Shown here: positions 37,205 through 45,583 of the stretch, in pieces
Layout of the letters: each line of letters starts with the position of its first letter
How positions within the stretch are numbered: the first letter of the stretch is position 1
Origin: Candidatus Fermentibacteraceae bacterium
GTDB lineage: Bacteria; Fermentibacterota; Fermentibacteria; Fermentibacterales; JCC-6
Direction of reading: 5' to 3'
DNA: 64,000 nt
NCBI GenBank assembly: GCA_027067855.1
Contig: JAMOUX010000026.1
Coordinates: 16,473 to 80,472 of the forward strand
Translations under genes and position numbers: made by a program
Notes under the pieces: generated by a model
Databases searched by the model: none
Told to the model about the DNA's origin: nothing
What the model saw: the letters and a program-made list of their open reading frames with translations, nothing else

Positions 37205-37540
37205 TCCACTCCAATCGATCGGATGGGAAGATTCCTAAGGGTGTAAGGGACATTGAAAAACGCATTTTATCCACAACGAAATCCACAACCGCGCAGGCAT
37301 ATAACTTACGGTAATGTAAGGAAATAGGGTAGTACGGGTTTTCGGGATGACATCGACTGTGGAAAACGGGGGGACATTGACCCCCGTCACCTGCAAGTAC
37401 TTGACGCATTTGATAATATTGGCTAGTGTTCACAATCAATGACTCCGGTAAAATGACTCGACTTGAGAAATTGATTCAAACAAGATGCCTTCGTCAAGGC
37501 GGACGATCCGGCGAACGATTCAGGGAAAAGAGTGATTCAA
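37205..37540. other. oriC region upstream of dnaA
   Basis: Perfect DnaA box TTATCCACA (37267-37275) and AAATCCACA (37281-37289). TGTGGAAAA (37358-37366), the complement of TTTTCCACA. A 10-mer GGGACATTGA repeated at 37247 and 37371, the second inside an ACGGGGG/CCCCCGT hairpin. AT-rich segments. Gene strand polarity switches here. Confidence 0.7.
37392..37429 (+). promoter_or_regulatory. Putative rpmH promoter (TTGACG 37401-06 + 17 nt + TAGTGT, or TGCAAG + 16 nt + TG-n-TAATAT 37411-19)
   Basis: Hexamer reading only. Confidence 0.3.
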
Positions 37541-37675
37541 ATGAAGAGAACTTATCAACCAAGCAGACTTTCGAAAGTCAGGAGACACGGTTTCAGGGCA
37601 AGGATGTCTACCAGGAGCGGCAGAAAGATTCTGAACGCCAGGAGAAGGAAGGGCAGAAAGAAACTGATTCCCTAG
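37541..37675 (+). CDS. rpmH: 50S ribosomal protein L34
   Basis: Hand translation gives [44 protein letters not shown]. Not in the ORF track because it is under 60 aa. Confidence 0.9.
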   Translation: MKRTYQPSRLSKVRRHGFRARMSTRSGRKILNARRRKGRKKLIP

Positions 37676-37680
37676 AAACC

Positions 37681-38013
37681 ATGAAAAACACCCTGAAGAA
37701 GGGATACCAGTTCAGGAGGGTGTACAGAACCGGAAAGGCTTTCAAGGGAAAGACCTTCAGGGCAGTATTCAGGAGAAATACCCTGGGCTGTATACGCCTG
37801 GGGTTTTCGCTTTCCTCGAAAAGCGGAAAGGCGGTTTCGAGGAACCTGATGAAACGAAGAATAAGATCACTGGCACCCGGAATAAAGAGGGGGGTGGACG
37901 TGGTGATACTCCCTGCGGGAAAATTGGATGGCTTGCGCTGGAAAGCCGTAAGGGCGGATTTCGAAAGACTGGTGAAGGTTATAAGCGAGACCCTGGGCGA
38001 CGGCGATGGATGA
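37681..38013 (+). CDS. rnpA: Ribonuclease P protein component
   Basis: Internal ATG of ORF 37426..38013. [33 protein letters not shown]... The protein is basic, about 110 aa, and sits downstream of rpmH. Confidence 0.85.
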   Translation: MKNTLKKGYQFRRVYRTGKAFKGKTFRAVFRRNTLGCIRLGFSLSSKSGKAVSRNLMKRRIRSLAPGIKRGVDVVILPAGKLDGLRWKAVRADFERLVKVISETLGDGDG

Positions 38014-38332
38014 TGGAAAAAGGAGAAAACCCGGTGTCGTTGCCGGGCTGCTGGCGGGAATGGTGGGCTTATACAGATGGTACGTTTCGCCTATGCTGCC
38101 CGGAAGCTGCATATATACTCCCACTTGCAGCGAGTATGCCCAGGAAGCGCTGAAAAAATTCGGTGCCCTTCGTGGATCGTGGATGGCGGTAAAGAGAATA
38201 TCGAGATGTAACCCTTTCCACGAGGGAGGCTACGACCCGGTCCCGGAAGTCGACGAAGAAGTGGTTCCCACGGACGAAGGAGCGACTTCGGCGGGAATCC
38301 GGAAGGAGATTTCGGATGAGCGATCAGAATAG
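38006..38332 (+). CDS. yidD: Membrane protein insertion efficiency factor YidD
   Basis: [49 protein letters not shown] is the YidD signature. Confidence 0.8.
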   Translation: MDDGKRRKPGVVAGLLAGMVGLYRWYVSPMLPGSCIYTPTCSEYAQEALKKFGALRGSWMAVKRISRCNPFHEGGYDPVPEVDEEVVPTDEGATSAGIRKEISDERSE

Positions 38333-39884
38333 ATTTTTGCTGGCCATGGTGCTGATGGCCGGGGTACTGTTCCTGAGCTGGCAGCTTAACAACGACAAAT
38401 CCGTGCCGGAGGCCGCGATGGTATCGGATGGCGTCATGCCGGCGACGGAACCCGGGGACTACACGGAGCCGGTTGTACGGGATTCGCTGGAAAAACGGGA
38501 GCCGATCGATGCCGGGGAATTCGAAAGCCGCACCGTAACCGTGCTCGTATACGAAGACGACGAATTGATGGTGACAGCCGGGGTTTCGACGATGACGGGA
38601 TCGGTGGAGACCTGGCGACTGGAGCGTTACGAGAACGTACCGGGGTCGGGAAACGGTGCCGTGAACCTGGCTGGGGACGAATGGATGAACCTGGGAAACG
38701 GGTTTCTGACCGATGCCCCGGATACGCTGCGGGTAAAAAACGGTCCGGTCATCCTGGATCTGGTATCCCTGGATGGAAACAGGAAGGTTCGCTACACGTT
38801 TCAACCGGAGTTTTACGGCTTTCTCCTGGAAAAATCGGGTTATGACGGAATAACCGTGCTGAACGGGGGAGTGATCCCCGTAAGCGAGTCGAACGTTGAC
38901 GTGGGCAGATATTTCAGGGCGCAGTGGAACTCCGATAAGGTGAAAAGCCGGAAGAGCGGCGATATCGACACGGAAGACCGGGTGGGGAACGTCAAGTGGA
39001 TAGCGGCCAGGAGCAAGTACTTTGGAATAGTCCTGATGCCGGAATCCTCCGAAAGGGCTTACGCTGTCGTCTATCCGTCGGAGAAGGGGAAATCGCCTTC
39101 CGTGGGAATACTGGACGACCGGGTGCGGGTGTACGCGGGGCCGCTGGACTACGGCGTGCTGAGGGAACTCGGCAGAGACACCCACCTGATGGTCGATTTC
39201 GGGTGGCCCGTGATAAGAGACATAGGAAGGCTTCTGTTCTGGTTCTGCACGTCGGTATTATCCTTTGTTGAAAACTGGGGATTGAAAATAATTATACTAT
39301 CAATAGTATTGAAACTGGTTCTCCTTCCCCTTACGACGAAAAGTTTCCGATCCATGGCGAAATTGAGGCAGGTCCAGCCCAGGATAAAGGAGATACAAGA
39401 AAAGTACAAGAGTGATCCGAAGGCGATGCAGGCGGCGATGCAAAAACTCTATAAGGAGGAAGGCGTCAATCCCCTGGGTGGATGCCTGCCGCTGCTGATG
39501 CAGATGCCGGTATTCTTAGCGTTGTACAGGGTGCTTGCCAATTCGGTGCAACTCAGGGGCGCCGGGTTCATGCTCTGGATAACCGACCTTTCCACGCCGG
39601 AGATGATAATTCGATTCCCGGAACGGTTCATGGGACTTTCGGGAATAGGACTTCTGCCGGTTCTCATGGGTATATCGATGTTCCTGCAGCAGAAAATGAG
39701 CACCGTCGATCAGAGCCAGAAAAGCATGACGTACATAATGCCCATTTTCATGACCTACCTCTTCATGAGGTTTCCAGCAGGCCTCACGTTGTACTGGTTC
39801 GTGAATAATCTGCTCACCATAGCCCAGCAAAAAATCATAAACGATAGACTGGAAACCGGAGCGGACACAGCGGAACGGCGTTGA
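38316..39884 (+). CDS. yidC: Membrane protein insertase YidC
   Basis: N-terminal TM, a large periplasmic domain, and a C-terminal 5-TM insertase core ([13 protein letters not shown]...). Confidence 0.9.
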   Translation: MSDQNRFLLAMVLMAGVLFLSWQLNNDKSVPEAAMVSDGVMPATEPGDYTEPVVRDSLEKREPIDAGEFESRTVTVLVYEDDELMVTAGVSTMTGSVETWRLERYENVPGSGNGAVNLAGDEWMNLGNGFLTDAPDTLRVKNGPVILDLVSLDGNRKVRYTFQPEFYGFLLEKSGYDGITVLNGGVIPVSESNVDVGRYFRAQWNSDKVKSRKSGDIDTEDRVGNVKWIAARSKYFGIVLMPESSERAYAVVYPSEKGKSPSVGILDDRVRVYAGPLDYGVLRELGRDTHLMVDFGWPVIRDIGRLLFWFCTSVLSFVENWGLKIIILSIVLKLVLLPLTTKSFRSMAKLRQVQPRIKEIQEKYKSDPKAMQAAMQKLYKEEGVNPLGGCLPLLMQMPVFLALYRVLANSVQLRGAGFMLWITDLSTPEMIIRFPERFMGLSGIGLLPVLMGISMFLQQKMSTVDQSQKSMTYIMPIFMTYLFMRFPAGLTLYWFVNNLLTIAQQKIINDRLETGADTAERR

Positions 39885-39907
39885 GACATGGCAACGGGAG
39901 CATAAGG

Positions 39908-41161
39908 ATGAGCACCTTGAAACCCGACATGATCTGCGCACCGGCTACACCGGAGGGAAGTTCCGCCCTGGCCGTGATAAGACTAAGCGGCGAAGGAACT
40001 TCCGCTGTCGTGGAATCTATGATGAGCCTGGATAGCGGACGGCTGAGGGGCATGAAGAGAAAAGTAGGTTTCCTCCGCGACGATAAGGGAATAATAGACC
40101 GGGTCGTGGCTGTCGGGTGGCCGTCGGGACGAAGTTACACCGGCGAGGAAATGGTGGAGATAATTTCTCACGGTATTCCCCGCGTAACCAGGCGTATCCT
40201 GGAGGCCCTGGAGGCCAGGGGGGTCAGGAGGGCGGTTCCCGGCGAATTCACCAGGAGAGCGTACGCAACCGGCAGAATGGGAGCGCTCCAGGTGTTGAAC
40301 CTGGCATCCCTTTGGACGGACGTAGGCCGGGATGCCATGGTCGGAGGAGCGGTGGAAAAGCGGATCGAGGCCGTTTTGGAGAAGATGGGAAGAACCAGGG
40401 AGGCCCTCGAAGGCGACATAGAGTTCAGTGAAGAACACCTGGACGGCGAGGAACGGGCCGGGGAACGACTCGAGTGGCTGGTGACCGAGTTGGAAGAATT
40501 CAGGGAGGACGCGGCGGTATTCGATTCCGGCGGCAGGGTTTTGTTGATGGGACCCGTGAACTCGGGCAAATCGACCCTGTTCAACCTACTGACCGGCGGG
40601 GATACCGCCTTGGTGTCTGATGAACCCGGAACAACCAGGGACGGGGCCTCGTACAGGATCGAAATCGATGGAAGATTCGTGGAACTGGTGGATACCGCCG
40701 GTTTCGGAGGGACGGGGCTGGACGAAGTAGCATACAAGAGAGTGGTGAAATCGCTGGGAGTTTGGGATAAAGTGGTGTGGATGACCGTGGAGGGACTGCG
40801 CCCCACTGCGGAAATCGCGGATAAGGTGGCTGAAGTTGTGGTGGTGTTGTCCAAATCCGACGAGGTGAAACACGAACCTCTCGGGGACGAAATTGAACTG
40901 TCAAGTTTCACGGGGGAGGGAATAAAAGAACTAAAGAAGAGGATTTCTCCCGTCCCGGGAAGCCTGTCGGTTACGGTTGCCGCCGAAAGGGTCCTCGGTA
41001 AGGTGAAGGATTCGCTCCGGCGGTACCGGGAGGGTGACCTGGGACTTTCGGCATTCCTGCTCGGAGAGGCGGAGAGGGAACTGGCGGATATGCTGGGAAA
41101 GGGACATTGCATGGCGTCCAGCATCGAGAAAGCCCTTTCAACCCTGTGCGTGGGAAAGTGA
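39908..41161 (+). CDS. mnmE: tRNA modification GTPase MnmE
   Basis: ICAPATPEGSSALAVIRLSG N-terminus. G domain GPVNSGKSTLFN. C-terminal CVGK. Start chosen at the internal ATG 39908. Confidence 0.85.
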   Translation: MSTLKPDMICAPATPEGSSALAVIRLSGEGTSAVVESMMSLDSGRLRGMKRKVGFLRDDKGIIDRVVAVGWPSGRSYTGEEMVEIISHGIPRVTRRILEALEARGVRRAVPGEFTRRAYATGRMGALQVLNLASLWTDVGRDAMVGGAVEKRIEAVLEKMGRTREALEGDIEFSEEHLDGEERAGERLEWLVTELEEFREDAAVFDSGGRVLLMGPVNSGKSTLFNLLTGGDTALVSDEPGTTRDGASYRIEIDGRFVELVDTAGFGGTGLDEVAYKRVVKSLGVWDKVVWMTVEGLRPTAEIADKVAEVVVVLSKSDEVKHEPLGDEIELSSFTGEGIKELKKRISPVPGSLSVTVAAERVLGKVKDSLRRYREGDLGLSAFLLGEAERELADMLGKGHCMASSIEKALSTLCVGK

Positions 41162-41162
41162 C

Positions 41163-42980
41163 ATGGATTTCGACGTGATAGTGGTGGGAGGTGGCCACGC
41201 GGGGATAGAAGCGGCCCTGGCGTCCACAAGGATGGGATGCAGGACCATCCTGGTGACGCTGAACCGCCGCAGGATAGGAGAGATGTCCTGTAACCCGGCT
41301 ATAGGGGGAATCGCAAAGGGAACCATCGTGAGGGAAGTGGATGCTCTCGACGGTTCGATGGCACGGGCGACGGATGCGACGAGGCTCCAGTTCAAGATGC
41401 TGAATCTCGGTAAGGGACCGGCGGTCTGGGGTCCCAGGGCCCAGTCGGATGCGTCGATGTATGCGGCGGCGCAGAAAAGGACCTTGGAACAAGGAGGGGT
41501 CATCGTGCTGGAAGACGAGGTTGTAGCTCTGGCGGGCAACACCCGGAAGGCGAGGGGCGTAGTTTGCAGGAAAAGCGGGACGATAACCGCGAAAGCGGTG
41601 ATACTGGCCATGGGAACATTTCTCGGCGGAAGACTCTTCCGGGGTGATGAGACATGGAGGGGGGGCAGGATAGGAGACCTGGCGGCGGATGACCTGGAGA
41701 AGGATCTTAGAAAAAGGATGTTCCACGTGGAACGGTTCAAAACCGGTACTCCCGCGAGAATACTGAGAAGAAGCGTAGACCTGTCGGTACTCGAAAAGGA
41801 GGACCCTCCTCCTTCCGATTATCGCTTCAGCTACGATTCCTCCGGAAAGATCGCGAGCATGCGGGAGCCGTGCTACGTGGTTCATTCGAACACGAAAACC
41901 GTGGAAGCGGTGAAGAAATTTATCCATGCGTCACCGTTGCTGCGGGGAAGAATAGGGGGGAAAGGACCGAGGTACTGTCCGAGTTTCGAGGACAAGGTGG
42001 TGAAATTTCCCGACAGGCTGGAGCACAGAATATACGTGGAACCGATGGGTTACCGGTCCAGGTTCCTTTACATGAACGGACTCTCCACCAGCCTGCCCCG
42101 CGAGGCTCAGGAATTGATGGTGGAAAGCCTTCCGGGATTCGGAAAGGCCGTAATAGCCAGGTACGGATACGCGGTCGAGTATTCGTATCTCCATCATGGC
42201 GAAATTACCAGGTCCCTCAGGTTGCGCCGCACGGAGAATGTTTTCGTAGCCGGCCAGATCTGCGGAACATCGGGTTATGAAGAAGCTGCGGGAATGGGAG
42301 TCCTGGCCGGCGTCAACGCTGCGCGGACGGTATTCGGCACGGAAGGGTTCGTGTTATCCAGGACAAAGTCCTACATAGGGGTGATGGTAGACGATATTGT
42401 TTCGAAGGGATTGGAAGAACCGTACAGGATGTTTTCATCCAGGGCCGAAAACAGGCTTCACATACGGCAGGACAATGCCGACAGGAGACTTTTTCCCGAA
42501 GCCCTGGAAATGGGAGTCCTGGGCGGACGAAAGAAAAGGTTGCTGGAGGACAGGATTAACGCCGCCCGTCGGGTGAGGGCAATATTCAAGGAAAAATCCC
42601 TGGAAGGAATTAAAATAAATTTGCTCTGCAGGAGAGGCAGCGTAACCCCTAAAAGACTCGTTGACTCGATACCCGATCTGGAAGGAATTGATGAAGAAAT
42701 AGTCTTCTCGGTTATGTTGGACGAGAAATACAGCGGTTACATAGAGAGGAACGAAAGGAGACATGCTTCGCTGGAGAGCCTCCGCGGGGTGAGCCTCGAA
42801 GGAATAGATTCTTTCATGGGAATAGGGGAGATCTGCTGGGAAGCCAGGGAAGTATTGCAGAGGGAAAAACCTCCCGATCTGGCCACGGCCGCGAGGTTGC
42901 CGGGAATAAGGCCCACCGATGTAGAGGGGCTTCTGGTTCACCTTGCGAGGAAACGTTCCACGTGGAACGGGAAAAAGTGA
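41163..42980 (+). CDS. mnmG: tRNA uridine 5-carboxymethylaminomethyl modification enzyme MnmG (GidA)
   Basis: MDFDVIVVGGGHAGIEAALASTRMGCRTILVT FAD-binding N-terminus. Confidence 0.9.
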   Translation: MDFDVIVVGGGHAGIEAALASTRMGCRTILVTLNRRRIGEMSCNPAIGGIAKGTIVREVDALDGSMARATDATRLQFKMLNLGKGPAVWGPRAQSDASMYAAAQKRTLEQGGVIVLEDEVVALAGNTRKARGVVCRKSGTITAKAVILAMGTFLGGRLFRGDETWRGGRIGDLAADDLEKDLRKRMFHVERFKTGTPARILRRSVDLSVLEKEDPPPSDYRFSYDSSGKIASMREPCYVVHSNTKTVEAVKKFIHASPLLRGRIGGKGPRYCPSFEDKVVKFPDRLEHRIYVEPMGYRSRFLYMNGLSTSLPREAQELMVESLPGFGKAVIARYGYAVEYSYLHHGEITRSLRLRRTENVFVAGQICGTSGYEEAAGMGVLAGVNAARTVFGTEGFVLSRTKSYIGVMVDDIVSKGLEEPYRMFSSRAENRLHIRQDNADRRLFPEALEMGVLGGRKKRLLEDRINAARRVRAIFKEKSLEGIKINLLCRRGSVTPKRLVDSIPDLEGIDEEIVFSVMLDEKYSGYIERNERRHASLESLRGVSLEGIDSFMGIGEICWEAREVLQREKPPDLATAARLPGIRPTDVEGLLVHLARKRSTWNGKK

Positions 42981-42981
42981 A

Positions 42982-43611
42982 TTCGTGACGAATGAACAGG
43001 TGAAAATTCCTCCGAATGAAGAATTGGCGGCGGATCTGCGCAGGGTGGGACTGTCTCCATCCGATGCCGCCATCGGGAAGTTCAGGGATTTGGCTTTGCT
43101 CCTCCGGAAGCGGGCCGGAATCATGAACCTCGTGGGACCGGGGGAGTGGAAGAGGTTATGGGAAAGGCACATGTTGGAATCCGCGTGCTATTCGCTGCTC
43201 ATGGAGAAAAACTTTTCCGCCGTGGACGTGGGTAGCGGGAACGGATTTCCCGGCCTGGTATTGGCCATCTTGGGATTCGATATGATACTCATGGAGCCCT
43301 GCAGAAAGAAATACCTGTTTCTGCGTCATGCGGCGGAGAAGTTGGAGTTGACCTGCAAGGTGATACGGTGCAGACTGGAAGATTTTGAACCGGAAGAGGA
43401 TGCATACCAGTTCACGGCAAGAGCCGTTGCTCCGGCGGCGCGGTTACTTGGGATCATAGGACAAAAATGTCCGAAAGAGTCCACTTTGCTGGTCAGGGAA
43501 CCCGGGATTCCCGAAGAGGAAAAATATTCGACAATATTGAGATTACCGGTCCCACCGCTTGACCGGAAGGGTTTTCTGGTGCAGTATCGTGTCTGCCGAT
43601 CCCGGGTGTAG
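42982..43611 (+). CDS. rsmG: 16S rRNA (guanine527-N7)-methyltransferase RsmG (GidB)
   Basis: NLVGPGEWKRLWERHMLES...VDVGSGNGFPGLVLAI. The start is uncertain; a GTG after the mnmG stop was assumed. Confidence 0.7.
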   Translation, partial: FVTNEQVKIPPNEELAADLRRVGLSPSDAAIGKFRDLALLLRKRAGIMNLVGPGEWKRLWERHMLESACYSLLMEKNFSAVDVGSGNGFPGLVLAILGFDMILMEPCRKKYLFLRHAAEKLELTCKVIRCRLEDFEPEEDAYQFTARAVAPAARLLGIIGQKCPKESTLLVREPGIPEEEKYSTILRLPVPPLDRKGFLVQYRVCRSRV

Positions 43612-43650
43612 TCAATTAGAGAAGAAATCGACGGTTTCCGGAAGGTTCCG

Positions 43651-44412
43651 ATGACTTCGACGAGAATCATAGCCATAGCCAACCAGAAAGGCGGGGTGGG
43701 GAAGACCACTACCGCCATAAATCTTGGGACAAGCCTTGCCATGAACAACAAGGAAGTTCTCCTCGTGGATTTCGATCCCCAGGTCAACGCGACCACGGGT
43801 ATGGGATTGCGTCCCGATGAGGGACCGGCGATAGATGATCTTCTTCTTGGAAGGGAAACGGCGGGAACCGTGGTTGAAGAAACCATGGTGGAGGGACTCC
43901 ACGTGGTTCCCGGCTCCAGGGCGCTCTCCGGGCTCGAGATAGAACTGGCCACTGTGGAAAATCGGGAATTTCTTCTGAAGGAATCCCTGGAAAGTTTCCG
44001 GGGATATTACGATTTCGTGTTGATAGACTGCCCGCCTTCACTGGGTCTTCTCACTATAAACGCCCTGGTGGCGGCCGGGGAGGTACTGGTGACGCTTCAG
44101 AGTGAGTATTACGCCCTGGAGGGCCTGTCTCACCTCATGGAAACGATAAGGAATGTGAGGCGTCTATGGAACCCGGAACTGGATATAACCGGAGTTCTGC
44201 TTACCATGGTGGACAGCAGGCTGAACCTGAGCAGAGAAGTCAAGAAAGAAGTAGGGCATTTCCTTGGGGACAGGATGTTCAAAACTTTCATACCGAGGAA
44301 CGTAAAACTCAGCGAAGCGCCCAGTTTCGGCGTACCGGCTTTACTGCACGATGCAAGATCCAAGGGGGCATTGAGTTATCTCGATCTGGCCAGGGAGGTG
44401 ATATCCAGATGA
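43651..44412 (+). CDS. parA: Chromosome partitioning ATPase ParA (Soj)
   Basis: IIAIANQKGGVGKTTTAINLGTSLA deviant Walker A. Confidence 0.9.
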   Translation: MTSTRIIAIANQKGGVGKTTTAINLGTSLAMNNKEVLLVDFDPQVNATTGMGLRPDEGPAIDDLLLGRETAGTVVEETMVEGLHVVPGSRALSGLEIELATVENREFLLKESLESFRGYYDFVLIDCPPSLGLLTINALVAAGEVLVTLQSEYYALEGLSHLMETIRNVRRLWNPELDITGVLLTMVDSRLNLSREVKKEVGHFLGDRMFKTFIPRNVKLSEAPSFGVPALLHDARSKGALSYLDLAREVISR

Positions 44413-45281
44413 CGGCCGCAAGGAGAAAGGCTCTCGGCAAAGGGATGGATGCGATATTTCCCGGTGCTTCCCTGGAAGAGGGCAAAAATGTAAGAGAGGT
44501 TCCCGTGGAAGACGTGGAACCCAATCCCTACCAGCCTCGTAAAGATTGGGACGAGGGGGAACTGGCGTCCCTCGCGGCGTCCATCAGGCGATACGGTATA
44601 CTCCAGCCCCTCGTTGTCAGGAAGAAGGACGGCAAGTACCAACTGATCGCCGGTGAGCGGAGACTGAGGGCTTCGAAAAAGGCCGGTCTCAAAAGGGTGC
44701 CGGTCCTTGTGAAAGAGGCCGATGACCGGCAGATGCTGGCCCTCGCACTGGTGGAAAACGTACAGAGAAAAGACCTGGATCCGGTGGAAAAAGCTATGGC
44801 TTTCAGACAGTTGGCCGAAGAGTTTCAGCTTACCCAGGAAGAGATGGCCGCGATGCTGAACATGGGCAGGCCCACCATCGCCAATTTCATCCGGCTCTTG
44901 GATCTTCCGGAAAAGGTCCTTGCCCTTCTTCGATCGGGGGAGCTGTCCATGGGACACGGAAGAGCGTTGCTCTCCTTGGAGGACAGGGTGATGATGGAGA
45001 GAATGGCGGTTCAGACTGCGAAAAGACGACTGTCCGTACGGGAGCTGGAGGCGATGGTACGTGCGGCCGTGGAAGGAAGAAAAAACCGTCGAAACAGGCG
45101 TGACGCCGCGGTTTCCCCGGAGGTCGGGACATTGCAGGAAGAACTGCAAAGGATTCTGAAGACGAAGGTTAGAATAAAGGGAAAGGGGAGTTCGGGCAGG
45201 ATAGAAATAACCTACCACGATCTGGACGAACTCGACAGGATACTGGAATTGATGAGAGCCGCCGGGAACAAAACCGGTTGA
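44409..45281 (+). CDS. parB: Chromosome partitioning protein ParB (Spo0J)
   Basis: Internal ATG at 44409 overlapping the parA stop. IEPNPYQPRKDW... and the GERRLRAS motif. Confidence 0.9.
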   Translation: MTAARRKALGKGMDAIFPGASLEEGKNVREVPVEDVEPNPYQPRKDWDEGELASLAASIRRYGILQPLVVRKKDGKYQLIAGERRLRASKKAGLKRVPVLVKEADDRQMLALALVENVQRKDLDPVEKAMAFRQLAEEFQLTQEEMAAMLNMGRPTIANFIRLLDLPEKVLALLRSGELSMGHGRALLSLEDRVMMERMAVQTAKRRLSVRELEAMVRAAVEGRKNRRNRRDAAVSPEVGTLQEELQRILKTKVRIKGKGSSGRIEITYHDLDELDRILELMRAAGNKTG

Positions 45282-45364
45282 CCGGTGTTGTAAGCATGGA
45301 TATAGTTCCGGCCAAGTAACGGGTGTACCGACGGGTGACCCGGGGATGAAAAGGAAGGAGTACC

Positions 45365-45532
45365 ATGGCCCATAAGATCAACGATAACTGTATAGCCTGC
45401 GGAGCCTGCCAGCCAGAATGTCCCGTTGATGCCATACATGAGGGAGAGAAGTACACTATCGATCCCGATACCTGCATCGATTGCGGCGCATGTGTTTCCG
45501 CATGTCCGGTGGGAGCCATAGAAGGTCCCTGA
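45365..45532 (+). CDS. 4Fe-4S ferredoxin (55 aa, two CxxCxxCxxxCP clusters), missing from ORF track
   Basis: Hand translation: MAHKINDNCIACGACQPECPVDAIHEGEKYTIDPDTCIDCGACVSACPVGAIEGP. AAGGAAGGAG RBS 6 nt upstream. Confidence 0.75.
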   Translation: MAHKINDNCIACGACQPECPVDAIHEGEKYTIDPDTCIDCGACVSACPVGAIEGP

Positions 45533-45555
45533 ACCACAAACCGGAGATTAAAGTA

Positions 45556-45583
45556 GCCGCGCGGTGAAACGCGCGGCTTTTTT
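45556..45583. terminator. Rho-independent (bidirectional) terminator between the ferredoxin and the convergent 937-aa gene
   Basis: Stem GCCGCGCG - loop GTGAAA - stem CGCGCGGC, followed by TTTTTT. Confidence 0.65.
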
